The position numbers and the translations under genes were made by a program. The notes beneath the pieces are model-generated. The model had not been told where the DNA came from. It saw only the letters and a program-made list of their open reading frames with translations, and ran no database searches. A stretch of DNA of 64,000 nucleotides. It comes from Verrucomicrobiota bacterium. GTDB lineage: Bacteria; Verrucomicrobiota; Verrucomicrobiia; Limisphaerales; JAHDYP01. Of this stretch, positions 19,806 to 29,819 are shown piece by piece (position 1 is the first letter of the stretch; every line of letters starts with the position of its first letter). The stretch spans positions 11,993-75,992 of the forward strand of contig JBJOII010000011.1 in NCBI GenBank assembly GCA_046047235.1. The letters run 5' to 3'.

Positions 19806-22800
19806 CGCTGAATCAACCTCCACTTCACCCCCGCGTTGATCGCGTCATACTCGTCATACTCCCCCACCAAACCCCACGTGTCCGTCAACCGATACTCCAA
19901 ATAATACGTCACCCGTCCACCCGTCGATATCCCCTCACCACTCCTGAATATCAACCGCTCCTCCCCCGCATCCTGAGAACCCAACTTGTTCAAAATGTCC
20001 TTCCCAATCAATGTCGCCAGCTTCGCCACCCGATCCTTCGTCGTCGTCGTCAACTCATGCCTCGGCAATTCCCCCGCCGTAATCATCATCACAATCTCCT
20101 CAGACGAAAGCGATGGCACCGAAGAAAACTGGATCGCCGGCTCACTCATCGTACCGCTGACTTCCATCCGCAAGTCATACCCAAATGTCCGCGAAGCCCC
20201 CATCACCACCAGCCTCGGCGCATCCGGATTCTGCTCACTGAAACTCACAATGCCCTGCCGTATCGGAATGTTCGCATACGGAAATAACGCCTGCCCCTCA
20301 TACACCTGAATGTCCCCCGTCAACAAAGGATCCCGCAGCGTCCCGCCAAGCCGCATGTTCATCGAATGCACCCCACGATAAAATGGACTCTTCACGTGAA
20401 TCGTCCGGTTAGCCCTCAACTGCAAATCTAAACCCCATGACGCCATCGGCTCCTCCGTCACACTGAAATACGGCGGCGGTAACGACGTCTGACGAACGTT
20501 CACCCCCAACAACGAATCCAAATCGCTCAATACAAAACTGCGCTGCAAATCCACCGCCCCCCGGACCACCACAGGCTCCTCCTCGCTCCGCACCAAGGCC
20601 AAATCCAAATCACCCCGCACAATCAAACCCGCCTGCCGCGCCAACGGTAAATTCGCCCCCGTCACCCGCAAATCCAGCGCAGGCAGCTCACCCGGCTTCC
20701 TCCAGCAAACCGCCGTGTCCACCAACCCGCTCAACCGCACAGTCTCCCCCCCCCAATCCGCCTCCATCCCCGTTATCACCGCCTGCTGATCCTGCAACGC
20801 CAACCGACCGTTGATGTCCCTTATCGGCCCCAATAACGGAAATGCCCGCGTCGATAAACCACTCACCCCCCCCTCCCCCTCAAGCCTCCACCCCGGCAAC
20901 ATCCGAACCTGCACGTCCACCACACCCTCCGGCCGCAATGGCCCTAACCACTGCGGGTTGACCCGCGATAATGCCAACTCATCCATCACCGCCTCACCCT
21001 CCAACTGCCCCCAGTCCACCCTGACCTCCCCCCCCAACAACGACTCCCACATCCCCGCGGCCAACGGCAAAGCCGCCGACACCCGCATTTCCTGCCCTCC
21101 CACCCGAACCCGCATCGTTTCCAACGCCAGCCGCTCCGGCTCCAACCCCACCCCCAAGGACAACTCCTCCAGCAATACCATCGCACTCTCCCCAGGATTC
21201 TGCCCCGGCCGCCCCACCGATCCAACCGTAGCACTCAGCCTGCCACGAGGCTCCACCAACGTCCCCGCCAAATCGAACTCGCATCGCGCCCCTTCCAACT
21301 CCAAACCCGATACCACCATCAACCAGTCTTCCATGGCCGGACTCGGCTCCGCATCCAAATGAAATCGCATCCCGCCATCCGGAACCAACCGCACCATGGC
21401 CCCCGACCCCGGCCGCCCCAACACCACCGGCAACTCACCCTCCGCCCTCACCCACTCCCGCTCACCCTCCGCCACCCCCAACCGCTCCAACCGCACACCC
21501 TCACCACCCCCCGCCAACTTCACAAAAATACGCTCCGCCACCCCCTCCAAGGCATCCACCACTTCACCCGCGCCCTCCAAGTCCACTCGCATCGGACCTT
21601 CATCCCAAACCGCCGATGCCTTCAGCCGATCCAATCGAACATCCGGCATCTCACCTAACACAAACGCTCCCGCCCACCCGCTGTCCACCCCCTCCACCCC
21701 CAAATTCACACTCCCACGATCCGGCCACTCCACCCCACCCTCCACCAACAAACTCTGCACTCCGTTAGTCAAATGCAACGCCCCCAAAGTCACTCCAGGC
21801 ACCCCGTCACCACCCACACCAGTCAGCGCAACCCCAGTCACTCCCTCCAATCTGAGCGGCACGTCCGATCCCCCGCCTACCTCCAACTCCGTGACCCGAA
21901 CACCCTCCCCCCCGGCCGTCTCCACCCCCAACGTGACCCAGCCAACATCAGTCCTCCAATCCACACGCCCCCGCACCCGCTCCTGCCCCTCCCCCTCCCA
22001 ACCCAGCTCCAGCCTGCTTTCCCGCATCCCCGCCAACCGAATACTCTCAACTACAACTCTCCCCTGATGCCGCATTTCAGCAATCGCCCCCTTCGCCGCC
22101 ACATCCAACTGCACCGCCCCCACACCCACACCCCTCCCCCCAACCAACCGCTCCACCAGGTTCGATCCCAAATTCCCCGTGGCTGTAAACCGCCCCACCT
22201 CCAACGAACCCAAATCTAACGACTCAACCTCCATCCCAAAACGACTCCCCGCCGCATCCCCAAAATTCAGCGCCGCACCCTCCACCACCCTCCCTCTCAA
22301 CCCCGCGTCCAGCTCCAACTCACTCACCTCCTGCCCCCCAACCCGCACACCCTCGCCCCGAACCACCAGACTCCCCTGAACACCGCCCTCCACCAAACCC
22401 CGAAAATCCAAATCCCCACTCAACACACCCTCCGCCTCCACCCAACTCTGCCGACTCAAATCCAACCGCACAGTCCAACTCGACCGCAGCTGTTCAAGAA
22501 CATGACTCCACTCAACCCGCATCGGTGAAACCAAACCCACACTCCCGGCCCCCATCCCCACTTCCAAACCATCCAACTCGCCCCCGGCCAAACTGACCCG
22601 ACCACTTCCCTTCACCAAGATCTCACCCACCACTGGCTCCTCGTGCTTCCCGGTCAACACCCAGTCCACCCCCAACTCTTCCCCGCCGCCAACCCCACGA
22701 ATAACCCCACCCATCCGCTCCAACCCCGGAACACGCTCAACCAAACCGGAATCAACACTCTCCTCCAATCGTAACTCAAACTCCTCCGGCCAAACCGCCC

Positions 22801-23548
22801 CGCCATCCCGAGAATACTTCGCGCTCAGCCCCAAGTCCTGCCCCTCTACACGACCACCCGCAACAATATCCCACCCCTCCATCAAACCGCTCGCCGTCAC
22901 CCCCAAATCAACCAACCACGGATCGCCCACCTTAACCCCAAGCCGAAACGCATTCGTATCATCCAAATTTAATCGAGCCTCGCCAGCAATCCCCTGATCC
23001 GGAACATCCACAGCCGCCACCACCCCGCCATCCCGATAAACCAAATGCCCCACCCGAATCACTAAACCCGGCATCTCCACCGCGCCATCCTCCAACTCCA
23101 CCGGCGGCACCCACCGACGCAGCAACTCCCCTACCTGCCCCACCTGATCCAACACCCCGCCAACCCCCGATACCCCAACTTCCTCCCCCTCAGCAACATC
23201 ACCCCGCTCCGCATCAAGCATCACCGTCCACCCCCGAACCCGGACCACCCCACCCTCCAGCTGTCCAGCCGAAGTCCAGCCCAACACCACCAGCTCCCTC
23301 CAATCGGAAATATCAACCTCCTCAACCTGAACGTTCCCCCCGGGAAAACCATACTCCACCCCCCGCAACCCCAAACCAAACCAACCGCTCCGCTCAATAC
23401 CCGCCACACGCATCCCAATCCCCCCCAAAACCCCCTTCAAAACCAGAGGCAACCACAGAGGGAAAATCAAAACCACCAGAAGCAACAACCCCGAAGCATA
23501 CAATAGGACCCTACGCCAACGACTAGGCTTGTCTTTCTTCGGCTGCAT
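19802..23548 (-). CDS. tamB: TamB / DUF490 translocation and assembly module protein
   Basis: N-terminal TM, long beta-rich body, DUF490-like LGGTLRDPLLTG...SGTMSEPAIQFSSVPSLSSEEI; directly upstream of tamA. Confidence 0.8.
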   Translation of the reverse strand: MQPKKDKPSRWRRVLLYASGLLLLVVLIFPLWLPLVLKGVLGGIGMRVAGIERSGWFGLGLRGVEYGFPGGNVQVEEVDISDWRELVVLGWTSAGQLEGGVVRVRGWTVMLDAERGDVAEGEEVGVSGVGGVLDQVGQVGELLRRWVPPVELEDGAVEMPGLVIRVGHLVYRDGGVVAAVDVPDQGIAGEARLNLDDTNAFRLGVKVGDPWLVDLGVTASGLMEGWDIVAGGRVEGQDLGLSAKYSRDGGAVWPEEFELRLEESVDSGLVERVPGLERMGGVIRGVGGGEELGVDWVLTGKHEEPVVGEILVKGSGRVSLAGGELDGLEVGMGAGSVGLVSPMRVEWSHVLEQLRSSWTVRLDLSRQSWVEAEGVLSGDLDFRGLVEGGVQGSLVVRGEGVRVGGQEVSELELDAGLRGRVVEGAALNFGDAAGSRFGMEVESLDLGSLEVGRFTATGNLGSNLVERLVGGRGVGVGAVQLDVAAKGAIAEMRHQGRVVVESIRLAGMRESRLELGWEGEGQERVRGRVDWRTDVGWVTLGVETAGGEGVRVTELEVGGGSDVPLRLEGVTGVALTGVGGDGVPGVTLGALHLTNGVQSLLVEGGVEWPDRGSVNLGVEGVDSGWAGAFVLGEMPDVRLDRLKASAVWDEGPMRVDLEGAGEVVDALEGVAERIFVKLAGGGEGVRLERLGVAEGEREWVRAEGELPVVLGRPGSGAMVRLVPDGGMRFHLDAEPSPAMEDWLMVVSGLELEGARCEFDLAGTLVEPRGRLSATVGSVGRPGQNPGESAMVLLEELSLGVGLEPERLALETMRVRVGGQEMRVSAALPLAAGMWESLLGGEVRVDWGQLEGEAVMDELALSRVNPQWLGPLRPEGVVDVQVRMLPGWRLEGEGGVSGLSTRAFPLLGPIRDINGRLALQDQQAVITGMEADWGGETVRLSGLVDTAVCWRKPGELPALDLRVTGANLPLARQAGLIVRGDLDLALVRSEEEPVVVRGAVDLQRSFVLSDLDSLLGVNVRQTSLPPPYFSVTEEPMASWGLDLQLRANRTIHVKSPFYRGVHSMNMRLGGTLRDPLLTGDIQVYEGQALFPYANIPIRQGIVSFSEQNPDAPRLVVMGASRTFGYDLRMEVSGTMSEPAIQFSSVPSLSSEEIVMMITAGELPRHELTTTTKDRVAKLATLIGKDILNKLGSQDAGEERLIFRSGEGISTGGRVTYYLEYRLTDTWGLVGEYDEYDAINAGVKWRLIQR

Positions 23549-23777
23549 CAGGTCCCGCTCCACTGCCGTCAAAACCACCAACCCCCACTTCACGCCTCAC
23601 CCGGAAAACCCCTCCACTGAATCACAACACCCCCAAAAGAGCGACCTCCAAGCCGATTAAATTTTGCCTGCAACCTACCCGCATACCCCAACATCAATAC
23701 CCACCCACCCCGCCAAAACGGAACACTCAAACCTCAAACCTTTGACCAATAACCCAGCTCCCAGCTCCCAAAAAACC

Positions 23778-24227
23778 CTACCCCACAATCGCCTTCCGCT
23801 CCTCCTTCCACCGCTCCCCCAACCCCAACAAGGTCTTCGCCTTCAAATGCTTCTCCGCCATCGGAAAAATCAACCGCTCTTCCTTGTCAAAATGCCGACG
23901 CGACCCCACCACGGCCTGCCGCAGATAATCCCGCGCTTTCCCAACCTGCGAGCTCGCCAAACAAGCCCCCAGCGCCGCGTCAATCTCCTCATGCTCCTGA
24001 TGAAATGTGTCGTGCTGCCCAATCTGCTCAAAGCAATGATCCAAGGGCTCAATGATCAACTCATCCTCAACCTTCGAATGGGCGTCCAGCATCGACTCAA
24101 GAACGCGCCCCAATACCTGAACCTCCCGTAACGTCTTCAGTGTGGGTAACGCCTCCTCAATGGAATCGAAAAGGTTGTGGAACACGACGTGCTCAGCCAG
24201 TAGTGCCTCAGTGATCTTAATGGCCAT
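23778..24227 (-). CDS. Hemerythrin HHE cation-binding domain protein
   Basis: L..EH, HSKVED, EHEEID and HFDKEERLIFPMAE motifs. Confidence 0.85.
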   Translation of the reverse strand: MAIKITEALLAEHVVFHNLFDSIEEALPTLKTLREVQVLGRVLESMLDAHSKVEDELIIEPLDHCFEQIGQHDTFHQEHEEIDAALGACLASSQVGKARDYLRQAVVGSRRHFDKEERLIFPMAEKHLKAKTLLGLGERWKEERKAIVG

Positions 24228-24236
24228 AGTGCGGCG

Positions 24237-24265
24237 AATATCGCCCCACACCCCAATCACGTCAA
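24237..24265 (-). promoter_or_regulatory. Putative sigma70 promoter for the hemerythrin gene
   Basis: Minus strand reads TTGACG-N17-GATATT-N9-ATG(24227). Confidence 0.4.
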
Positions 24266-25143
24266 ACCACAGAATCAGTTCCCTGCTCCTCGCTCCCCCA
24301 CTGCCCCCCCCCAGAATCACCGCCCAGCGCCCCATACCGCCGCAGATACTTCAAACCCACCTCAAAATCTTTCGGTAAAGGCGCCTCTACCACCACCTCC
24401 CCCGGTATCCCAGCTGCCACCGCCGGCAACCTCACGGATTCCACATGCAAAGCCGGCCGCCCTATCAATGGCCGCTCCTCCAAATCCCGCTTGAAACGGT
24501 AGCCCGGCTTCAACCTCGACAAGTTCAAAGAACGCCCGCCATACAGCTCGTCCCCCACCAACCGTAACCCGTGCCGACGCAAATGAGCCCTGATCTGATG
24601 CGGACGCCCCCCAATCACCCGACAACGCAACAAGGTGAACTTCCGAAAACGCTCCACCACCTCAAACCGCGTTTCACTTCGCTTTCCCCGCTCCTTGTCC
24701 ACCCGATAAAAACCCGTGGGAGTTGGCTTCCTCGCCAGCGGTGCACTAATCGTAAACTCGTCCTGCGGAGATCCCTCCACCAGCGCCAAGGTCACGGTCG
24801 GCGCCAAATGCGAAGCAAATAAATTGGCCAGTGCCTGCCAACACGCACGCGTCCTCGCCACCACCAAAACCCCACTCGCCTCAGCATCCATCCGCTGCGG
24901 CGTCGCCAAGAATCCAGGGTCGTTACCAGAAAACCAATCCCCCCTCCGCGCACGCGCATCCTGCATCAAACCCAGAAAAGAAGGACCTTCAGGAGAAACG
25001 GAATCCGCCAGAACCGGCAGACCAGATGGCTTGTCGACCACCAGCAAATGCGGTTCATCAAACAAAACCGGTAGCTGCCAACGGAGCTTGTCATCCCCGT
25101 CATCCAACCCCAACCGAATGAGAGAGCCAGGTCGCTTGCTCAC
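24262..25143 (-). CDS. RluA family RNA pseudouridine synthase
   Basis: VVDKPSGL, QRMDAEASG (catalytic Asp), GRPHQIRAHL, VGDELYG, ALH. GTG start at 25143 overlaps the upstream TGA. Confidence 0.85.
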   Translation of the reverse strand: MSKRPGSLIRLGLDDGDDKLRWQLPVLFDEPHLLVVDKPSGLPVLADSVSPEGPSFLGLMQDARARRGDWFSGNDPGFLATPQRMDAEASGVLVVARTRACWQALANLFASHLAPTVTLALVEGSPQDEFTISAPLARKPTPTGFYRVDKERGKRSETRFEVVERFRKFTLLRCRVIGGRPHQIRAHLRRHGLRLVGDELYGGRSLNLSRLKPGYRFKRDLEERPLIGRPALHVESVRLPAVAAGIPGEVVVEAPLPKDFEVGLKYLRRYGALGGDSGGGQWGSEEQGTDSVV

Positions 25144-26822
25144 TGGCCGTTGCTCAAGTCCGGAAGACTGTTCACCTGCGCCAATTCCATCTCCTTGCGG
25201 CTCCACTCCGATACCGCCTGGTTGCGCTGACTGTTCCTTAAATCCTCCATGTAACCCGCCAATTCCGTCTTCACCCGATCCTCGCTAACCGGCTCACGGC
25301 TCACCCCATAAATCACCACCCCACCGTCAGCCGTCTGCTCCACATCGCTCAATTGCCCCGCACTCAGCTCAAGCGCAGCGGGTTGAATCTGCCTGAAATT
25401 CACCCCCGACGGCAGGCCTGCCAAGGTGCTCGTCCCCTGCGAAAATGACTCCGGTGAGATCACCGTCACACCCGCCTCCGCACAAATCGAATCGAAATCC
25501 TTCGCAGCAGCAACCCCTGCCTTCGCCGACTCCAGAAAAGCAGCCGCCGCCTCGCGAGCCAACCGCCGAGCCTCCGCACTCCTGAAATCCAACACCACCT
25601 GGTCCCGGAATTGATCCAGCGGTGGCACATACCCCGCCACGCGCTCCTTCAGTGTCATCAAATAAACACCATCCCGACTCACCACCGGCTCCATCGACAT
25701 CGGCTGAACCTCAGTCAACCCAAACGCCGCCGTACCAAATTCCTGCCCCACACCCAACTCCAGTGGCGGACTCAACCGCGCAAATGGCTCCGTAGTCCCA
25801 TGCTCCAATGCCTGCCCCGCCGCCAACCGCTCCAAATGATCCTTCTGCTGAGGAGCCTCCTCGTAGGCTAGTAATAGCTGCTCCCCAAATGCCGTCGAAG
25901 CCTTGTAAGCCAAGGACAAAGCAAGCTGATCCACCAGCTCACCCCTCAACTGCTGCTTCGCAGCCTCCGCGCTCATCACAACCCCGTTCGTCCCCAGAAA
26001 ACTGTTCGTGCCACGCTGCAAATACATCGCCTCCAGCTGCGTGCTCAAATTCGTGCTCGAACCCAGCTGAGTCTCCGCCGCCCCAACATAATTCGAGGCC
26101 GCAAACTTCACATAGTTCACCACAACCTTGTCAGAAATCCGCCAACGCGCCGCTTCCTTGTTGTAAAACGCCTCCAAAGCCGCATCGTCCACCACAACCT
26201 TGTCCACCTGATTCGTGTAGCTGAACGACACCAGCTTCACTTTCACTGACTCGTTCTCACGCCGAAAAGCCGCCTCCGCCTCACGCGGACTCACCAGCGC
26301 ACCCGATACCGCACCCGCCTCCATCAGGTGCTGAATGCCCACCTGATGCCGCGCAAATTGCTTGAAAGCCTCCTCAGTAACCTTGCCCCGAGGCAGCGCC
26401 GTGTCCAAAAACTGCCGATACATCTGCGGCTGAAACCGTCCCGTCTCCCGGTCCGAAAACAACGGCGCCAACCACTGCGCCACCTCAGCATCATCCACCC
26501 ACACATTCAGCGACTCCAGCTTGTCCAACATCACCAGCCGCCGAGCCACTTCGTTCTCCGCATCAAACATCATCCGCGCCTGCTGCGACTCCTCCGGCCA
26601 CGAACCCATCATCATGAAAAACCTCAGGCGCGCCTCAGTATACGCCTGCATAAATTGATCCCGCCCAATCGGCTCGCCATTCACGTAACCGTAAATGCCC
26701 GTGCCCCGGGCCGCACCGGGAGAAGACCCGCCCGGACCCATGTACCAAACAAAAGAGATGATCACCAAAACAATGATGACGATCCACAACCAGCTCTGAT
26801 GGCGTCGAATTGTACCAAACAT
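25140..26822 (-). CDS. PpiD/SurA N-terminal domain periplasmic chaperone
   Basis: MFGTIRRHQSWLWIVII..ISFV N-terminal TM, VNGEPI, VSPREAEAAF, YVKF; architecture is typical of PpiD-like proteins. Confidence 0.75.
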   Translation of the reverse strand: MFGTIRRHQSWLWIVIIVLVIISFVWYMGPGGSSPGAARGTGIYGYVNGEPIGRDQFMQAYTEARLRFFMMMGSWPEESQQARMMFDAENEVARRLVMLDKLESLNVWVDDAEVAQWLAPLFSDRETGRFQPQMYRQFLDTALPRGKVTEEAFKQFARHQVGIQHLMEAGAVSGALVSPREAEAAFRRENESVKVKLVSFSYTNQVDKVVVDDAALEAFYNKEAARWRISDKVVVNYVKFAASNYVGAAETQLGSSTNLSTQLEAMYLQRGTNSFLGTNGVVMSAEAAKQQLRGELVDQLALSLAYKASTAFGEQLLLAYEEAPQQKDHLERLAAGQALEHGTTEPFARLSPPLELGVGQEFGTAAFGLTEVQPMSMEPVVSRDGVYLMTLKERVAGYVPPLDQFRDQVVLDFRSAEARRLAREAAAAFLESAKAGVAAAKDFDSICAEAGVTVISPESFSQGTSTLAGLPSGVNFRQIQPAALELSAGQLSDVEQTADGGVVIYGVSREPVSEDRVKTELAGYMEDLRNSQRNQAVSEWSRKEMELAQVNSLPDLSNGQ

Positions 26823-26888
26823 ATGTCAATCACTAGGTTGACCGCGCAAATGCAAGACGCGCACCCTACCCGCCCCCCCCAAAACGGG

Positions 26889-28127
26889 TCAATCCATTTG
26901 CAGCACACGTTTTAATACCCCCGCCAACCGCTCATACTGCCCCAAATGGTTGTATAACTGCGCCGAAACCCTCACCAGCCGCCGCGGATACGCCGGCCAA
27001 GGCACAATCGGCACCTCAATACCCTCCTCCCCCAATAACCGGTCCTGCAAAGGATCCAAATATAACGGCGATACCGGCGGCACCCCACCCACAGCACACG
27101 GTAACGGCACCGAAGCCATGCTCCCAATCATCGAGGCCGGACACGGCTCCTCAACCCCCAACGCCTCGCAGAGCAACCTCCGCCCCTCCAACGCCAATAA
27201 ACGATTCCTCCGCCGAATCGCCACCCACCCACCCTCCACCAAACCCGCCATCGCCCCCAACGCCACCGGCACGCTCAGCCAGGCACTGGGATCCATCGTC
27301 CCAGTCCAGCCAAACTCCACCTGATACCGCGAACGATCCCGACGCAGACTGTTCGCCCCATGACTAATCGCCAAGGGCCTCACCCCATCCTGCCGATCCT
27401 CACGAACCCATAAAAACGCCGCCCCCTTCGGCGCCCCAATCCATTTGTGACAGTTCGCCGTGTAATACGTCGCCCCCAACCTCTCCAACCGCAACGGAAC
27501 CATCCCTGGCGCATGCGCCCCGTCCACCAAAACCTCCACCCCCCGCCCGGCTAACCATGGCACCCACCGCTCCAAGGGCATCACCATCCCCGTCGGACTC
27601 GTCACATGATCCAACAAAACCAAACGCGTCCTCCGCGTCAGCCGCCCCGCAATAGCCTCAAATGCCTCCTCCTCCGACCGCAACGGAAAGGGCACACGAG
27701 CCACCACCACCCTCACCCCCACAGCCCCAGCCACAAAATCCAACGCGTTCCTGCACGCATTATACTCATGGTCCGTCACCAATAACTCGTCACCACGACG
27801 AAACCGTAATGACCTCAAAACCGTGTTCACCCCATGCGTCGCATTCGGAACAAAAACCAAATCCCGCGACTTCACCCCCACAAACCTCGCCAACACCCCC
27901 CTCGCCTCATCCAGTAACTCCTCCAAATCCCGCACAAAAAATTGCACCGGCTGACGCTCCATCCGCTCCCGCACCCCACGCTGATAAGCCAACACCTCCC
28001 GCAAACACGCCCCAAAGGAACCGTGGTTCAAAAAATCCACCCCCCGGTCCAATCGCCACAACCGCCCCGCCGCCGCAGGCCGTCCCAGCTCCTTCAATCG
28101 CTCCGCTCGCATCACTCGCCTCCCCAT
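26889..28127 (-). CDS. PLP-dependent class V aminotransferase (isopenicillin-N epimerase / Egt2-like lyase family)
   Basis: FLNHGSFGA, NATHG, DHVTSPT, VDGAHAPG, ANCHKW (PLP lysine), RVSAQLYN. Start uncertain (28112 or 28127). Confidence 0.85.
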   Translation of the reverse strand: MGRRVMRAERLKELGRPAAAGRLWRLDRGVDFLNHGSFGACLREVLAYQRGVRERMERQPVQFFVRDLEELLDEARGVLARFVGVKSRDLVFVPNATHGVNTVLRSLRFRRGDELLVTDHEYNACRNALDFVAGAVGVRVVVARVPFPLRSEEEAFEAIAGRLTRRTRLVLLDHVTSPTGMVMPLERWVPWLAGRGVEVLVDGAHAPGMVPLRLERLGATYYTANCHKWIGAPKGAAFLWVREDRQDGVRPLAISHGANSLRRDRSRYQVEFGWTGTMDPSAWLSVPVALGAMAGLVEGGWVAIRRRNRLLALEGRRLLCEALGVEEPCPASMIGSMASVPLPCAVGGVPPVSPLYLDPLQDRLLGEEGIEVPIVPWPAYPRRLVRVSAQLYNHLGQYERLAGVLKRVLQMD

Positions 28128-28132
28128 ATGCA

Positions 28133-28160
28133 AGAATCGACCGGCTAACCGGTCGATTCT
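28133..28160. terminator. Perfect 12-bp stem-loop between two co-oriented genes (terminator-like or operator)
   Basis: AGAATCGACCGG-CTAA-CCGGTCGATTCT; no long U-tract follows. Confidence 0.45.
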
Positions 28161-28192
28161 CAACGCTATCCTCTAATTAAAATCAGGCCCCA

Positions 28193-29488
28193 TCAGCTCT
28201 CCAGCTTCCAGGGCGACCGATACGGAAACGGAATGTCCAGCCACTTCGACTTGCCACTCCATTGCGAAAAATCCTGCGCCACAGGATCCCAGCGCATCCG
28301 CTCCCGATGATGATACGCCAGGTTCACCAGATGACAGACGGTCACCGTCCGGGCCCCAACCTCCACATCACAGATCGGCTTGGTCCGCGTCTCCACACTC
28401 CTCAGCCAGTCGCCAATATGATCGTTGCTCTCGTAAAGCCGCACATCCCCGGGCCCCGATCGCCACTCCTCCAAGACCTCCGGCGTCGCCTCAAACTTGC
28501 CTCGGTTCACATACACCTTCCCCTCACTCCCGTGAATCGTCACCCCGTTGCCGTTCCGATGCACCACCTCCGTGCCGTTCGCATACACCAGACGCACACC
28601 GTGCGTGGCATTCTCCTCACTCGCCGGAATAATCTCCACCGGACCACTCTGATCCATCCCCAAGGCCCACTGCGCAATGTCAAAATGATGCGCACCCCAA
28701 TCCGTCACCATCCCACCACCAAATTCCACGTAATTGCGCCAGTTCGGGAAATGCCCGTGAACACCCCTCGGACTTAACTCCGAATTGTAAGGCCGCAAAG
28801 GCGTCGGCCCCAACCACATGTTCCAATCACACGCAGCCTCCGTCGTCTCCGCCGGTAAATCACACCAAACACTCGGCCCTCCCACCGCAACCTCAATCTC
28901 GTAAATCCGCCCCAACCGACCGTTGCGAACCAACTCGCACGCCCGCCGAAACTCACTCATCGATCGCTGCATGCTCCCCACCTGAAACACCCGACGATTC
29001 CGACGCACCGCGTTCACCACCGCCTTGGCCTCGTTAATCGACTGGCACAACGGCTTCTCACAATAGATGTCCTTGCCCGCATTCGCCGCAGCAATCGAAA
29101 TCAAAGCATGCCAGTGGTCCGGCGTCGCAATCACCACCGCATCCACATCCGACCGCGCCAACACCGACCGAAAATCATTGTAGGCATCACACCCACGATA
29201 CTCCCCACGCCCCGTCGCCTCCGCATACCGCTCGTTCACCGTCGCCCGCGCCGCCTCACGCCGCGTCCGGTCCACATCACATACCGCCACCACCTGGCAC
29301 TGCTCACGCCGCAGTATGTTGCCAGTCAAACCACGGTTCTGCGTCCCCATGCCAATAGACGCAATGTGGAGACGGCTGTTCGGGCCCACCGGAGCAGACC
29401 AAACCTTCGAGGGAAGCAACATCGGAGCAACCGCAACCGTGGCCGCAGTGCCCAGAAATCGTCGTCGGGAAAACGCTTTTTTCGTCAT
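28193..29488 (-). CDS. Gfo/Idh/MocA family oxidoreductase with Tat signal
   Basis: SRRRFLG Tat motif, IGMGTQ, IATPDHWH, DIYCEKP, DWGAHHFD. Confidence 0.9.
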   Translation of the reverse strand: MTKKAFSRRRFLGTAATVAVAPMLLPSKVWSAPVGPNSRLHIASIGMGTQNRGLTGNILRREQCQVVAVCDVDRTRREAARATVNERYAEATGRGEYRGCDAYNDFRSVLARSDVDAVVIATPDHWHALISIAAANAGKDIYCEKPLCQSINEAKAVVNAVRRNRRVFQVGSMQRSMSEFRRACELVRNGRLGRIYEIEVAVGGPSVWCDLPAETTEAACDWNMWLGPTPLRPYNSELSPRGVHGHFPNWRNYVEFGGGMVTDWGAHHFDIAQWALGMDQSGPVEIIPASEENATHGVRLVYANGTEVVHRNGNGVTIHGSEGKVYVNRGKFEATPEVLEEWRSGPGDVRLYESNDHIGDWLRSVETRTKPICDVEVGARTVTVCHLVNLAYHHRERMRWDPVAQDFSQWSGKSKWLDIPFPYRSPWKLES

Positions 29489-29570
29489 AACGGTGTTCAC
29501 ACCATGGTTCAACCCGCGCACCCTGCCAAAGACCCCCCACCCAAATCAAATCAAACCTGCTCCCCGCCAA

Positions 29571-29754
29571 CCATCTCCCATCTCCCATCTCCCGCGCTGC
29601 GCCCTCAGCCCTCCGCCCTCAGCCCTCCGCCCTCCGCCCTCTGCCCTCAGCCCTCTGCGCTATGCCCTCTGCGCTCAGCCCTCTGCGCTCCGCCCTCTGC
29701 GCTCCGCCCTCTGCGCTCCGCCCTCTGCGCTCCGCCCTCTGCGCTATGCGCTCC
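29571..29754. repeat. Heptamer tandem array: (CCATCTC)x3 then 22 x GC(C/G)CT(C/A)N
   Basis: Read directly; the period-7 block spans 29601-29754. Confidence 0.95.
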
Positions 29755-29768
29755 GCCAACCGATGAAA

Positions 29769-29797
29769 GTTGCCTTGCTCAGGGCAACCAGTAGTAT
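29769..29797 (+). promoter_or_regulatory. Putative galM promoter with an overlapping inverted repeat (operator candidate)
   Basis: TTGCCT-N16-TAGTAT; the dyad GTTGCCTTG-CT-CAGGGCAAC (29769-29788) covers the -35 box. Confidence 0.35.
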
Positions 29798-29819
29798 GTC
29801 CCCCAATTCAATGCCGCCC

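Noticed and set aside
29316..29819. Long N-terminal extension of galM (PSALRP repeats)
   Set aside because: It is read-through of a heptamer array overlapping the opposite gene; a promoter-like motif and signal peptide support a start at 29811/29820.
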